A DNA stretch of 64,000 nt from Thraustochytrium aureum (taxonomy: Eukaryota). Every line of letters starts with the position of its first letter. The stretch's first letter is position 1. The notes under the pieces were generated by a model. It saw nothing but the letters and a program-made list of their open reading frames with translations. It ran no database searches and was not told the origin of the DNA. The DNA lies in NCBI GenBank assembly GCA_012862495.1, contig BLSG01000385.1, positions 11,574 to 75,573 of the forward strand. Direction: 5' to 3'. The position numbers and the translations under genes were made by a program. Of the stretch, positions 1-11,226 are shown piece after piece.

Positions 1-166
1 TCGATGGCCGGGCGGAGGGGAAGGGGCTGGCTCGGGCCGGCGCGGTGGTTTTTGTGTGGTCGCCTGCGGGCCTGCGGGCCGGCATGGGCTGGGTGTGGCG
101 GTCGGCGAGCGAGCGGGTGGCTGAGCGGGTGGCTGACGCGTGTGCGGCGGACGTGATGTTGTGCAG
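1..166 (+). other. 3' part of a spliceosomal intron of RPL18
   Basis: G-rich sequence with GCTGAC branch point and CAG acceptor immediately before the conserved GID start of eL18; no ATG in frame. Confidence 0.85.
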
Positions 167-730
167 GGTATCGACATTGTTGCCGGCGGCCGCCGCGTGG
201 GCCACAAGAACCGCACCCGGCAGGCTTCGGAGAACGTGTACCTTGCCCTCTTGGTCAAGCTGTACAAGTTCCTGGCTCGCCGCACGGATGCCAAGTTCAA
301 CAAGGTTGTGCTCAAGCGCCTCTTTATGAGCCGCATCAACCGCCCGCCGCTCTCCGTGAGCCGCGTGGCGCGCCTCATGAAGGATCGCAAGGAGGACAAG
401 ATCGCTGTTGTTGTTGGCACTATCACCGACGATATTCGCATGGACGAGGTTCCCAAGATGCGCATCTGCGCTATGCGGTTCACCGAGACCGCGCGCGCGC
501 GCATCACCCAGGCCGGCGGCGAGTGCCTCACCTTCGACCAGCTTGCGCTCCAGGAGCCCAAGGGCTCGAACTGCGTGCTGCTCCGCGGCCCCAAGAACGC
601 CCGCGAGGCTGTCAAGCACTTTGGCACCCCGGGCTCGCCCAACAGCCACGCCAAGCCGTACGTGCGCGCCAAGGGCCGCAAGTTCGAGAAGGCTCGTGGC
701 CGCCGCGCGAGCCGCGGGTTCAAGGTGTAA
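167..730 (+). CDS. RPL18: 60S ribosomal protein L18 (eL18), second exon; the ATG exon lies upstream of an intron, outside the window
   Basis: Translation [17 protein letters not shown]...[20 protein letters not shown]...[28 protein letters not shown] is typical eL18. Acceptor gtgcag at 161-166 and branch gctgac at 132-137 precede the GGT codon. Confidence 0.97.
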   Translation, partial: GIDIVAGGRRVGHKNRTRQASENVYLALLVKLYKFLARRTDAKFNKVVLKRLFMSRINRPPLSVSRVARLMKDRKEDKIAVVVGTITDDIRMDEVPKMRICAMRFTETARARITQAGGECLTFDQLALQEPKGSNCVLLRGPKNAREAVKHFGTPGSPNSHAKPYVRAKGRKFEKARGRRASRGFKV

Positions 731-1101
731 GGCGGTGTCTCGGGACCTCCGACTTTGCCTTGAATTCACTCCCTCTATGCACAGGGACGGGCCGGCTGCT
801 CTTTGCTTACTTCACTATGCGAGACGAGAAGAATGGTTTGCCGCGTCGCTTCCGATTTTCCAACTTTGTTCCCGTCTGCCGTCGAGGGATTTTTTTCTTG
901 CCCAACGTTTCGCGGTCGACGCCCATCGCGCCTTGCTATTGTGGAGAACAAGGCAGACGACCCGGGCCGTCTTGCTGTTCCGAATTGCTTCTCGCGGGCG
1001 AGGCCCGCTGTTGCGTTGGCCACAGTCCTGATTGATTGAAAAACATCGTCGTTTTCTTCTTATCAACAACATAAAAGCAGAGTCAGCCCACGAAAACGCT
1101 T

Positions 1102-4100
1102 TCAACCCCCCCCGGAGGCGCCCTTCGCGACCGCTTCGCGGAGCTGAGCTNNNNNNNNNNNNNNNNNNNNNNNNNNNNNNNNNNNNNNNNNNNNNNNNNN
1201 NNNNNNNNNNNNNNNNNNNNNNNNNNNNNNNNNNNNNNNNNNNNNNNNNNNNNNNNNNNNNNNNNNNNNNNNNNNNNNNNNNNNNNNNNNNNNNNNNNNN
1301 NNNNNNNNNAGGCGCCCTTCGCGACCGCTTCGCGGAGCTGAGCTAATTCCAGACGCAGCCCTTCCTGCGAAGCCACGAGGGTATGCAAAGCGTCCAAAAC
1401 CTGCTTGCAGCTCGTGCAACCGCCGCGAGCAGTTCCCGGCGCAGGGTGCGGCAGTGGCGGCGGCGGCGGCGTCGCAACCAGCGGCGGGGCGGCGAAGGCT
1501 ACACTCGGCGCCTTGCGCGTTGGCGAATCAGCGAAAGCGACGCTCGGCGCCTTACGAGTCGGCGAATCTCCTCGCTCTCGACGCCCAACATACGAAGGCC
1601 CAACGTTGCCCAACCCCACGCTCGACCGTCCTGTGAGCGGCGACGCGTTGCCCGACATGGACGCTGTTGGCCGCGACAGCGACGGCGACATCGACATCCC
1701 AAGGATGTAGCTAGAGGTCCCACTTGTTGTGCTCTCACTGGCCTTGCGCGAGCCGCCCCACTTGGAGCGCGCAGCGGACGGGGCCGCGCGAATTTCCCGA
1801 CTGGAAGACGTGTTGGACGCGCCTATGCGGCGAAGGTCCGTGGGGCTGTCGATGTGCTGGAACGAGCCCACCAAAACGAGTTCGTTCTTCTCGTGGAGCG
1901 TATCAATGGCGTTCTGCAGGAAGGACGACGAGGAGGACGTCTCCGCGGGTTCCCCCTTATCCAGGAGATGACTTGCCTCGTCCGCGGCCTCCGCGGCCTC
2001 CTGCGGCACCACGTCAGAGAGCATGAACGACCCTGAGCGCCGCATGCGTTTCCAGTTCTTGAACACGGCGTACCGAATTCGATGAAAGCTGCGCGCCTTG
2101 GTCTGCCGAAAACGAGAGACTTGGTCCAAATAGGACTTTGACACCTCGAGCTGCACGGTGCCATCGGCCAGCTCCTTGACAAAGTGCCGCGACTCGCCTC
2201 CAGGCAGGTACTCGCCGCCATTCTCAGCGATGTGCTCGGACAGCTGCGAGAAGAGCAGCGAGTTTTGCGCCATTTCGTATTGCTCGTAGAAAAGAATAAG
2301 CCGAGCCTTTTGCAGCAGGTGCTGCGCCTTCGAGTTCGCGTTGATCTCTTCGTACTTGTTGGTCATCACGGCAGAGATGAGCTGGAACGTGACCAGCGAA
2401 ACAATAAACATGTAGACTCCAATCATGAGGAAGCCAAAGTACTTTCGAACGGGAGACGCCTCCTCGTTCAGGCTCGACACGTCCAGGTTGAAGGCGAAGA
2501 AGAACAGCGTGATCCAGCTCATTGTGAACGAACCGTACTCTAGCGAGTTGGCCTCGTCGCGAAACAAAAGCCGCATGGAGTGGCTAAACCCGCTCAGCAG
2601 CACGAAAACGACCAGGAAATAGATCAGGTTGCCTGCGCGGGTCGCTTTGTCAGCACGCGCGAGTCGCCACAGAAAAGCAACGCGGGCCGATTCGGCAGCC
2701 CCAACTGCGCTGCGGGCGGCGCGGGACGCGCAGGCCGCGCGGAAACTTACTCGCAATCATGCTCCGAATTGTGCAGAGCGGCACCCCGATCGACTGAAAG
2801 CCCTCCCCAAAAGAGAGCGCCCTGTAGAAGAGTTGCGGGGAAATCAGCGCCACGAGCACGTCCGCTGTCCCGTAGTAGGCTGGCTGGTTCGGAAAGCAGC
2901 GCAGCACCTGCGACAAAAAGATAAACAAGTGAGGGACGAGGTAGTAGGGCTCGTTCCGGAGTCGGCAGTGCAGCACGCGCGTCCACGAGCTCCCCGAGCC
3001 GGAAATGATGCCCGAGAGACGCGCCTGCACAACCTGGATCTTGACGTAGCGCCAGTTTATGTAGGCCAGCACCCCATTTGCAACGAGGACCGCCAGCGCG
3101 TGCCAGTTGGCGCTTGTCGGCTCTCCCCAGATCCCCGTCGTCGGCAGAAGCACTGCAAACTCGATGTGGCGCGACGCGCACAGCGTTGTCGCCATCAGAA
3201 GCAGCAGGAAAGCGGCGTGCACGACAAACTCGAAGAAAAGGATCTCCCGCGTGAACAAGACCCAGCGCAGGTTGAGCACGTACTGGACCACCGGGTGGGA
3301 GATGAGGTGCGCGTGCTCGTAGTAGACCATTTCCTTGACGGCAAAGCTGCTGTGTGGCACGGTGCCCAGTAGCGAGGTGTTGTACGAGTAGATACGCGCA
3401 TCGTTCTCCCAGTACAGGAACGTGCGCTGCTTGTCGAGGAGCTTGAGCGCCAGAGCAGGCCGCTCCTTGACCATGACCTCGAAGAAGGTAGAGTAAAAAC
3501 TCTTCCCCACACGAAAGGGCCTCCACGAGGCTAGGCGACCGCCCCGCCGCCTTCAGCCCGGTCCGTCGCGCCGCTGCCACTCCACCAGCAGCGCCGCCGC
3601 CTACGTTCGCGGCGGCGCCCATATCCGAGAGGTGGGGCGCGGCGCCGCTCAAACTAGCAGAGCCGTAGACGGTTCGAGGTCTGCCCAGTGGCGGCCTGCG
3701 TCCGTCTGGGGCATCTCCGGTGATAAACGCGCGCTTGAGCAACTCCCAGCGCCGCTGCGCGCGCTTGTGGAGTGAAACGCCTGCGGCGACGTGCCGCAGG
3801 GCGCTGTCGGCCTTGGCACGGCTGACGCGCGCTTTTTGGTACCGCTCTAGCTCGTCAAGGTGGGGCGTGTTGGACGGGTCGTTGTCCAACTCGATGACCT
3901 CGCCATTCGCTGGGGACTGGACAGCCTGGTTCACGAAGGCGTCGCTATGATCGGAGGCTTCATCTGCGCCGCTGTGTGCGGAACCAACTTCGTCTGTGCT
4001 GTTCAGTGCCACATGCCCGCCAGACCGGAAGGAAGCCGAGGAGGAGCTCCGCGAAAAGTATGTGCGGCGCGAAAGGTCCAAGAGGTAAAGAGCCACGTCG

Positions 4101-5359
4101 AGCTGGGCATCCCCAACCGCGCGATTGGCCGCCTCCTCGAGCGGAAGGCGGCCCGCGTCATTGGCCACATCGGTCTTGGCCCCGTGGTCGGCAAGGAAGC
4201 GAGCCACGTGGACGGACTGGACCATGTGCAGCGCGGTGTTGCCAGAGTAGTTGGAGTAGGTCACGCTCGCGCCAGCCGCGACGAGAATTTCGACTACTTG
4301 CAGGTTGTCCGCGGCGACGGCCCACTGCAGCGGGGTCGATCCGTTGTACCGCGTTTGGGCGTCGACTTGAGCGCCGTGGTTGACGAGGTATTTGATCACG
4401 CTCGGTCTGTTGTGATGAGTGTGAACGTGAAGCGGGGTCTGCCCATTCAACCCCTCGATGTCGATCGGGACTCCGCTCTGCAGCAGCACACGCACCACGT
4501 CGGACGAGCTCGCCACATGCAGAGGGTTGAGACCATAGGTGGGCGAGTCCTTCACGGGGTTCAGCTGCGAGACCTCGATCATGGACATGCGGTCCAAGAC
4601 GCGAGCCAGCAGGTGCACATCTCCATTCATACTAGCTGCCATAAGACGGAAAAAGTGAGCCTCCGAGCCGGAGACGAGCTCGTCGCAGCGCACCTCCAGT
4701 CGATCGGAGCGCATGTCGTACCCGCTCATGTTGCGCATGAGGTGCAGGGGCGGTCCGATACAACGGTCATCCTCTTCATCGTCCTCCTCGTCGTCAGTGC
4801 CGACCTCAGAGTTGTATCCCAGCGTGCTCGATGTTGCGTGGTTGCCTCCTGTCGCCGTTCTGCCAAGCATGCCTTCCACGACCATTTCGTCTGATTTGCT
4901 CGCTGCACGCGCTGCAGAATACTGCCGTGCCATCTCGGTCTCTCTGTCGCGCTCGACAGGGTGGATGGCCATTCCCGGTGGGTTGACGCGGATCATGGTG
5001 GGTTTGTTTGCGCGCGAGTGAGCGGATCTCGTGGACCCCGACATTCCATCCGCGCTGCCAGTCCCCAGCGACGAACTGTCCAGCCTCCCGGCGCCCTCCC
5101 GCGTCCGCCACCTGGCTGCCGCCCCGCCGAGCTCGCCCGCCCCGCCACCGTCCGCGTCGTCGCCCCGGCCGCCAAGCAGGGACGGCCTCCGATCCTCCTC
5201 GTCGCTCGCCGACTCGTCGCTCAGCCGGCCGAGCAGCGACAGCGCAGGGCTCTGCCCCTCGCGGAGCTCCCAGCGCGCGTTCCTGTCGGCGCCGGCGCCC
5301 TCGCGGCTTCGCCCATTCTTCTTCGCCGCCGTCGTCGTCGTCGTCGGGGGCGGGTCCAT
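1102..5359 (-). CDS. Ankyrin-repeat TRP-like cation channel (three exons)
   Basis: Ankyrin repeats (GLNPLHVA, GQTPLHVH, GSTPLQWA, GNTALHMV), pre-S1 LISHPVVQYVLNLRW, six hydrophobic segments, S6 FQLISAVMTNKYEEI and TRP-box-like LLQKARLILFYE. The three ORFs join via introns 2633-2750 and probably 3502-3604. Stop at 1102 assumes the gap at 1151-1309 is a false overlap. Confidence 0.8.
2633..2750 (-). other. Spliceosomal intron (118 nt) in the TRP channel gene
   Basis: GTAAGT donor, GCTGAC branch (2649-2654) and CAG acceptor. Splicing gives in-frame MIAS/NLIYFLVVF. Confidence 0.9.
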
Positions 5360-5704
5360 CCCTCGCGCACCTGCCTCCTCGACGAAGCCCCCCGCCCGCG
5401 CGCGCTCGTTCGAGGTCTCTTTGTCGCTCTNCCCCGGGGCGAGACGCGCGCGCTGCGGGCGCGACACGCTGGTAGCCTGGCCTGAGGCGCTCGCGTTCGT
5501 GGCTTGCTTGCCGTGGCGCGGGATGGAACACAACGTGGGCACGCCAGAACGAGCTCACCGAGCAACAACCTCGCTTGGACGTTGACGGGTTGCGGTCTCG
5601 GCGCGCATGCAGTTGGCTGGGTGCAGGGCGCGCGAGGCAGAGCGGGAGGTTGGCTTGCTGTGGCGGTCATGGTTGTTGTAGTGTACTTCAGGTTGGGCGG
5701 CGTG

Positions 5705-8370
5705 CTAGAGGTGGACGTCCTCGAGGTCGACCGGGGCGCCGGATGATGGAAGCGCTGGCCCGCGCTGGCGCTCGAGGTCGGCTGGGCCGCTGTGCTGCCG
5801 CGTCGGCTCGCTGGCGTCGGCTTGGGCTGCGAATTCGGGGCCGCGGATGTCGGCCCTGCATATGGCGCAACCTGTTGACCGGTTGAACCACTCTTCGATG
5901 CAGTCGCTGTGGAACTCGTGGGCGCACGGAAGTCTGCGGCAGAGCTCGCCTTGCTCGAACTCGCAGAGGCAGATAGAGCAGAGCGGGTCATCATCATCGC
6001 CGCTGCTCGCGGAGAACGGGACGGCACTGTGGTCGGCTGTTTCCGAGCCATTGGTTTGCGCAGCTTGCTCTCCGCCCGACGAACGGCTTGAGCGGCTAGC
6101 GCGGCGGCTTGCGCGGCGGCTTGCGCGGCGGCTTGCGCGGCGGCTTGCGCGGCCGCCAGCTGAGCTCTGCCCGTCGGTACTTGCGTCGCTCCACAGGAGC
6201 GAACCCGCTTTCGCGAGTAGAGAGGAAATCCCGCTGCCGCTTTCGCCTCCGTCCGCCACGCCGAAGCCAGAGCTCGCGCTCTGCGTGTCCAGCGTGCCGT
6301 CTGCAAGCGCAGCACCGTCGCCGTCTCCTGGCGCCGGCTCCAGCTCTGGTAGAGTGGAGCTTTCCCGAGTCGACTTGTCCGACAACCCGTCCAGCTCGGG
6401 GGCCGCCTCACCCATGCCATACACAAACTGAACCGTGTGCGCCTCGATGTCCTCTGGGGTAAGACGGTCTTTCAGAAAGTGGGGGATGTCCCGTAGCGCA
6501 GCGAGAAGCCACTCTGGCTTTGCTCCGTGTAGAGGTAGTAGCGTACGATCCGGATGGTCGAGACGAGGACCATTCCTCCAAAAACCGCAATAAACAACAC
6601 CGGCACCGGCACAGTGAACCCGCTGTCTGACGACGCTGTCGGCGCCGCGCTCGAGACCACAGACGGACACGAATCGTCTGGGATCCCCGGAAAGCGGCAC
6701 TCCACGCAACCCCTAAACGCCAGTGCAGTCAATCAGGTTGACCGCGCAGCACTCGATCTGGTTCGATGCGATCGAGTTGCGTCCGAGGTAGACCGCCACT
6801 GAGGCAGGGAGATACTTTGGGTTCNNNNNNNNNNNNNNNNNNNNNNNNNNNNNNNNNNNNNNNNNNNNNNNNNNNNNNNNNNNNNNNNNNNNNNNNNNNN
6901 NNNNNNNNNNNNNNNNNNNNNNNNNNNNNNNNNNNNNNNNNNNNNNNNNNNNNNNNNNNNNNNNNNNNNNNNNNNNNNNNNNNNNNNNNNNNNNNNNNNN
7001 NNNNNNNNNNNNNNNNNNNNNNNNNNNNNNNNNNNNNNNNNNNNNNNNNNNNNNNNNNNNNNNNNNNNNNNNNNNNNNNNNNNNNNNNNNNNNNNNNNNN
7101 NNNNNNNNNNNNNNNNNNNNNNNNNNNNNNNNNNNNNNNNNNNNNNNNNNNNNNNNNNNNNNNNNNNNNNNNNNNNNNNNNNNNNNNNNNNNNNNNNNNG
7201 AGGCTTGGCGCATCTACATAAACCAGGTTGAGGGTGTCGAGGTCGGCATCCGTCGCAGAAGGCGGCGCCTTGCAGAGCACTCGATCAAGCGTGGGGTCGC
7301 CCGCGGCAAAGTCTGCCTCCGACAGGAAAGGCCCGCTGTCAGCCGCAGACGCAAGGGCTGTTCCGTTTGACGAGTACCCCCGCAAACTCGCAGTTGAGCT
7401 GAATGCCTGCGCGCAGGCAGCCGAAAAGGTGCCGCGGCCCCCGGACAGACGCGAAGAGCTCGCCCTCGAAAAGCTCCAGTTCAGAAACTACGGTGACTGG
7501 GTCCACCTGCAAGGTGGTCAAGTTGCGGTCCGGGACCATGCACAAGCGGACGACGGATTCGGGCCGCACTGCGGAGCGCTCGACGAGGTAGCCCGCCCTT
7601 TGGAAAAAGCCGACTTGGCCTGTGCTGTAAAACCAGGTGAGCTGCAGCTGGCGGTCTCGCTCCGAGAGCCGCGAGACGAACGTGTCCATTGCTAACGGGG
7701 CGCGCAGTCCGGCCCAAAGCGAGTTGAACTGGAACAACGTGTTCGAGGGGATATCGGGAATGTCGCCGTAGTAGAAGGAGATTCTGCCGTCGCTAAAGAG
7801 CGTGAGCCCGAACGAAAACTCTGTCGTGAGCGGGACGCCGACACGGTCGCTTTTGACCATCTTGCGTTTGAGCCACACAACAGAGAACGCGCGAGCCGGC
7901 TTGACAGTGTCGCGGAAATAGCGAATTGCGACCCCTTCCTGGCTAATCCCTGGGGCGACGGGTGGCCCAGGCCAGAGGTCTGTCACGTATGGGCCGAGCT
8001 TGTTGGATTCTGCGCCGAAGCCGATGCAGCCGCTTGGCGAAGCGCGGCTCTTGCAAGGGTGGTTGCCGGGCGAGAATGCGTCCAGGACCAGCATGCCATT
8101 GGGCGAAATGCCCACGCGGCGCACCCTCGTGTTGCCCGAAATGTCGGGAACGAGAACCCGAGATCCGCAAAGTCCACGGGCGAGTCGTCCACGACGGCCG
8201 AGAGGAACGCGTCTTCCGCCTTCAAGGCGCCACCTCCGTGGGCTTGCCGAATGGCCGCAATCATGTCCCCCATTCCGCCGTCGCCGGCTGACAAATAGAG
8301 GTTCTGCCCGACCGCTGTTGAGCATATGGACGCCAAGGCTGCGACCGTCACGGCCCACCCACGAGCCATG
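5705..8370 (-). CDS. Type I membrane RING-H2 E3 ubiquitin ligase with a large ectodomain (NIDO/PLXDC-like plus Cys-rich); broken by about 4 frameshifts and a gap
   Basis: Signal peptide MARGWAVTVAALASICSTAVG, then LGFSFPTF-GNTRVRRVGISPNG and FGLTLFSDGRISFYYGDIP (NIDO-like), TM VPVLFIAVFGGMVLVSTI, and RING-H2 CSIC...LPCAHEFHSDCIEEWFNRSTGCAIC. Confidence 0.7.
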
Positions 8371-9036
8371 TGCTTGCGGCCTGTCCTGTCACGCAGACGA
8401 CGTCCCGCATTGCGTGACGGGGTCGGCATTACACTTCTCTTGCCAAAATTGCTCGCCGTCAACTTTGGTCCCGCGTTTTGCGACGGAGCCACTGGCCTGC
8501 CGTCGCGACCGCCGCGGAACGGCTTGCTTGCCCTGGCAGCTAGCGTTGCCGGCGGCCTCGAGCGAGCCTCCTCGAGGCAAGCAAGGCTACGTTCGTGTCG
8601 AGTCTGTGGGCCAACACACACTCCTCTGTCCTCTGGCGACAAGAGGGCTGAGGAAAGCGAAAAAGCGAAAGAAAGGTGCACGTTCGAGTTGATGTCGGCA
8701 ACCCGTTCGAGTTGACGCCCGGCCGAGCCGACCACGACGACATCTCGCTCATCACATCAGAGGCGGCCGAGGGAAACGGGCGAAGGGCGCGCGGCGCTGA
8801 CTGGCCTCCAAGGCGGGGAAGTACTGGCAGAACAAGGTTTTTCGCGAGTACTTCTCACCGCCGAGACAGATGTCGCGTTCAAGTTCGCTCAAGCCCAGCG
8901 ACATGGTGAGGTTGAGATGAGGATAGAGTACGAGTTCCTACTGATCAGTAGACTAGGAGGACGCTCCGGCGAGGTCCTACTCTTCATCGCGCTGCTGCGT
9001 CAGCGCGCTGCTGCGGAGGCAATCCGCGGCGCCTTT

Positions 9037-10017
9037 CTAAAGATCCGGGGCTGGGCCCGATGACGTCCGCGGTCGCGCTGGCGACGGGGTTGGCGCTGTC
9101 GATGATCTTGAGAGCCGAAGCCAACGCGTCCAGTCCAGGGGCGAGCTGCCCCGTCGCGTCGCGGGGGCCTCTCCCAGCCCGAGGCTGCCCACGCCATTCT
9201 CAAGCGCAGCTGTCGGCTCAGGGACTAGGTCCACATCTTGCTCATTTGCATCCGCGTCGCTCTCCGCGTCAGCTTCGGCAACAGGCCTTGCCGTGCTCTC
9301 GGGGGACGTGCCTTGGTCACTGCGTCGGCGAACGTCCTGCTTGCACAACGGGCACTCCGTGGACCGCTCGAACCACGCGACGATGCAGTCGTCGTGAAAG
9401 GTGTGGCCACACGGGAGCAATCGGCACGACTGGCCCTCCTCGAACATGTCGATGCAGATCGCACAGGCGACTTCGTCAATGGGTTCGACGTCGTCAAACT
9501 TGTTGTGAGCCTGGCGCCTGGGCTCGCCGTCGCTGCCGCCAGCTGCAGTCCATGTGATCAGCTCGGTGCGGTTTTCGATGTCCTGCTCGGATAGCCGCGG
9601 TTTTGCAGGGGCCGGCCGCAAGGTCCCACGAAGCGGAGGCGGGTCTGCACCTACCAAGCGCGCTATGATCGAGTAGACGACGATGCGGAGGAAGCTAGCA
9701 AGCAGGACCAAGACCAGCAGCGGGACGAACAAGGAGGGCAGCGTGCCAACGCTCACCGGGCCGAGCTGACCGGGTTGGAGGCTTGGCGGCGAGGTCGTCG
9801 GGGACGCACTTGGCACGTTCGACGTCGTCACAGGTGCCGCGCTTGGCGCATCTGTAAGGACCGGCACCGACACATTCAAAAGGTCCCTCTCTTCGCGCAG
9901 AATCCACTCCCAGACAGCCTCGTCCTCGGCGTCGCTGTCCAGGCCCCGTTCCGCCCGCACCTGCGCTTCGACGCCGTCGTCGGCCGTCCATCGCGCACGA
10001 AGCCGGCCAGCCGCCAT
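9037..10017 (-). CDS. Transmembrane RING-H2 E3 ubiquitin ligase (ATL-like), paralog of the adjacent gene
   Basis: TM LFVPLLVLVLLASFLRIVVY; RING-H2 CAICIDMFEEGQSCRLLPCGHTFHDDCIVAWFERSTECPLC. Confidence 0.85.
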   Translation of the reverse strand: MAAGRLRARWTADDGVEAQVRAERGLDSDAEDEAVWEWILREERDLLNVSVPVLTDAPSAAPVTTSNVPSASPTTSPPSLQPGQLGPVSVGTLPSLFVPLLVLVLLASFLRIVVYSIIARLVGADPPPLRGTLRPAPAKPRLSEQDIENRTELITWTAAGGSDGEPRRQAHNKFDDVEPIDEVACAICIDMFEEGQSCRLLPCGHTFHDDCIVAWFERSTECPLCKQDVRRRSDQGTSPESTARPVAEADAESDADANEQDVDLVPEPTAALENGVGSLGLGEAPATRRGSSPLDWTRWLRLSRSSTAPTPSPARPRTSSGPAPDL

Positions 10018-11160
10018 CAGCTCGCAAGACAGCTCGGCCTCTACCCGCCTGCTGCCCTAAAGCCTGCCTTCCTGCCGCGCTCGCCAGCCTGCATGCGCGG
10101 GCCGGCGTCCTGGGTGTCTGTTGGTCGCCCGGTCTGGCTGCGCATCCGCGACAAGGGCTAGAGGTAAATCGCCGCGAGCGTGGCAAAAAATGCGACTTCG
10201 TTTTTCTTGACTGCTCCCACACCTGGGGGCTCCAGGCCATCAACGAAACGCCCATCGGGCAAGCCTCAGGGGCTCGGGCAGCATCGCACGGGATCGATCT
10301 GCATTCTCGTGTCGCCGGCTGGCCGGATGTGCTGCCCCGCCACCCCGACAGCGGCATGTGCGGCCGATCAGCTTTGACGATGCGGGGTAGAGGAGGACGC
10401 AGGGCAATACGGCGCAGCTCCTGAGGCGTTCGCGGAGCTAATTGTTGGAAAGGCTTGCAGTTTCGCACAGGTCAGCGGGGCCCGCAGGACCGCGCAGAAG
10501 TGCCAGATACCCCGCGCAATCGCGCCAGAACCTCGTTTGATCGCGTGCTTCGCGTCGATCGCGAGCTCGCGTTGATCGCAGCAGTTTGCGTTCTCACGAC
10601 GTGAACCACCCACGCGCGCGAGCACTACAGCAGCGGTTCGCGCTTGCCGGTCTGCCGCCGCCGCGGACCACAACTTGGGGCGCCATGCCGCGGTCTGCCA
10701 GGCTCAGAAAGGCACACTGTCCTTGCCCNNNNNNNNNNNNNNNNNNNNNNNNNNNNNNNNNNNNNNNNNNNNNNNNNNNNNNNNNNNNNNNNNNNNNNNN
10801 NNNNNNNNNNNNNNNNNNNNNTGCCCGCGATCGCCTGTTCCCACGCGCCAAGAGAGCCCATCCCATCCGGGAGCCGACAAGGGTGATTGTTGAGCTAGCA
10901 CGATGGCAACTACGTTGGTCTCGCTCGCTGTAGACTTGGTGTCTGAGACACTGTTCGAGTACTGTAGCCCATTGGTAAGGCAGTTGTTCTTTGGCTCGCC
11001 GTTTCCAGCGCCCTGCTCTATAGAGTACTCTACTTTGGACCTCCGTTGACTGATGGCACACGCGGTCGCCATCAAGATCGAGATCCTGCGATAGCGCGGC
11101 TTGGCCCAAACAATACTGCCTCGAAACTCTGCGCTTTGCGACAATGTCCATGTTCTGGTC

Positions 11161-11226
11161 CAAGTCGGTGCGCGCAAGTCGGTGCGCGCAAGTCGGTGCG
11201 CGCTAGTCGGTGAGCGCAAGTCGGTG
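11161..11226. repeat. 14-bp tandem repeat (CAAGTCGGTGCGCG) x about 4.7
   Basis: Three perfect copies, one variant (CTAGTCGGTGAGCG) and a partial copy, read directly. Confidence 0.95.

Noticed and set aside
1116..1344. 35-bp direct repeat flanking an N gap
   Set aside because: Identical sequence on both sides of the gap indicates an unmerged contig overlap; merging restores the TRP C-terminus.
6095..6152. 12-bp tandem repeat GCGCGGCGGCTT
   Set aside because: In-frame coding repeat (RRAS)n in a disordered linker; ordinary.
11161..11226. AGTCGGTGC resembling the tracrRNA terminal hairpin
   Set aside because: Short chance match inside a tandem repeat; no complementary arm.
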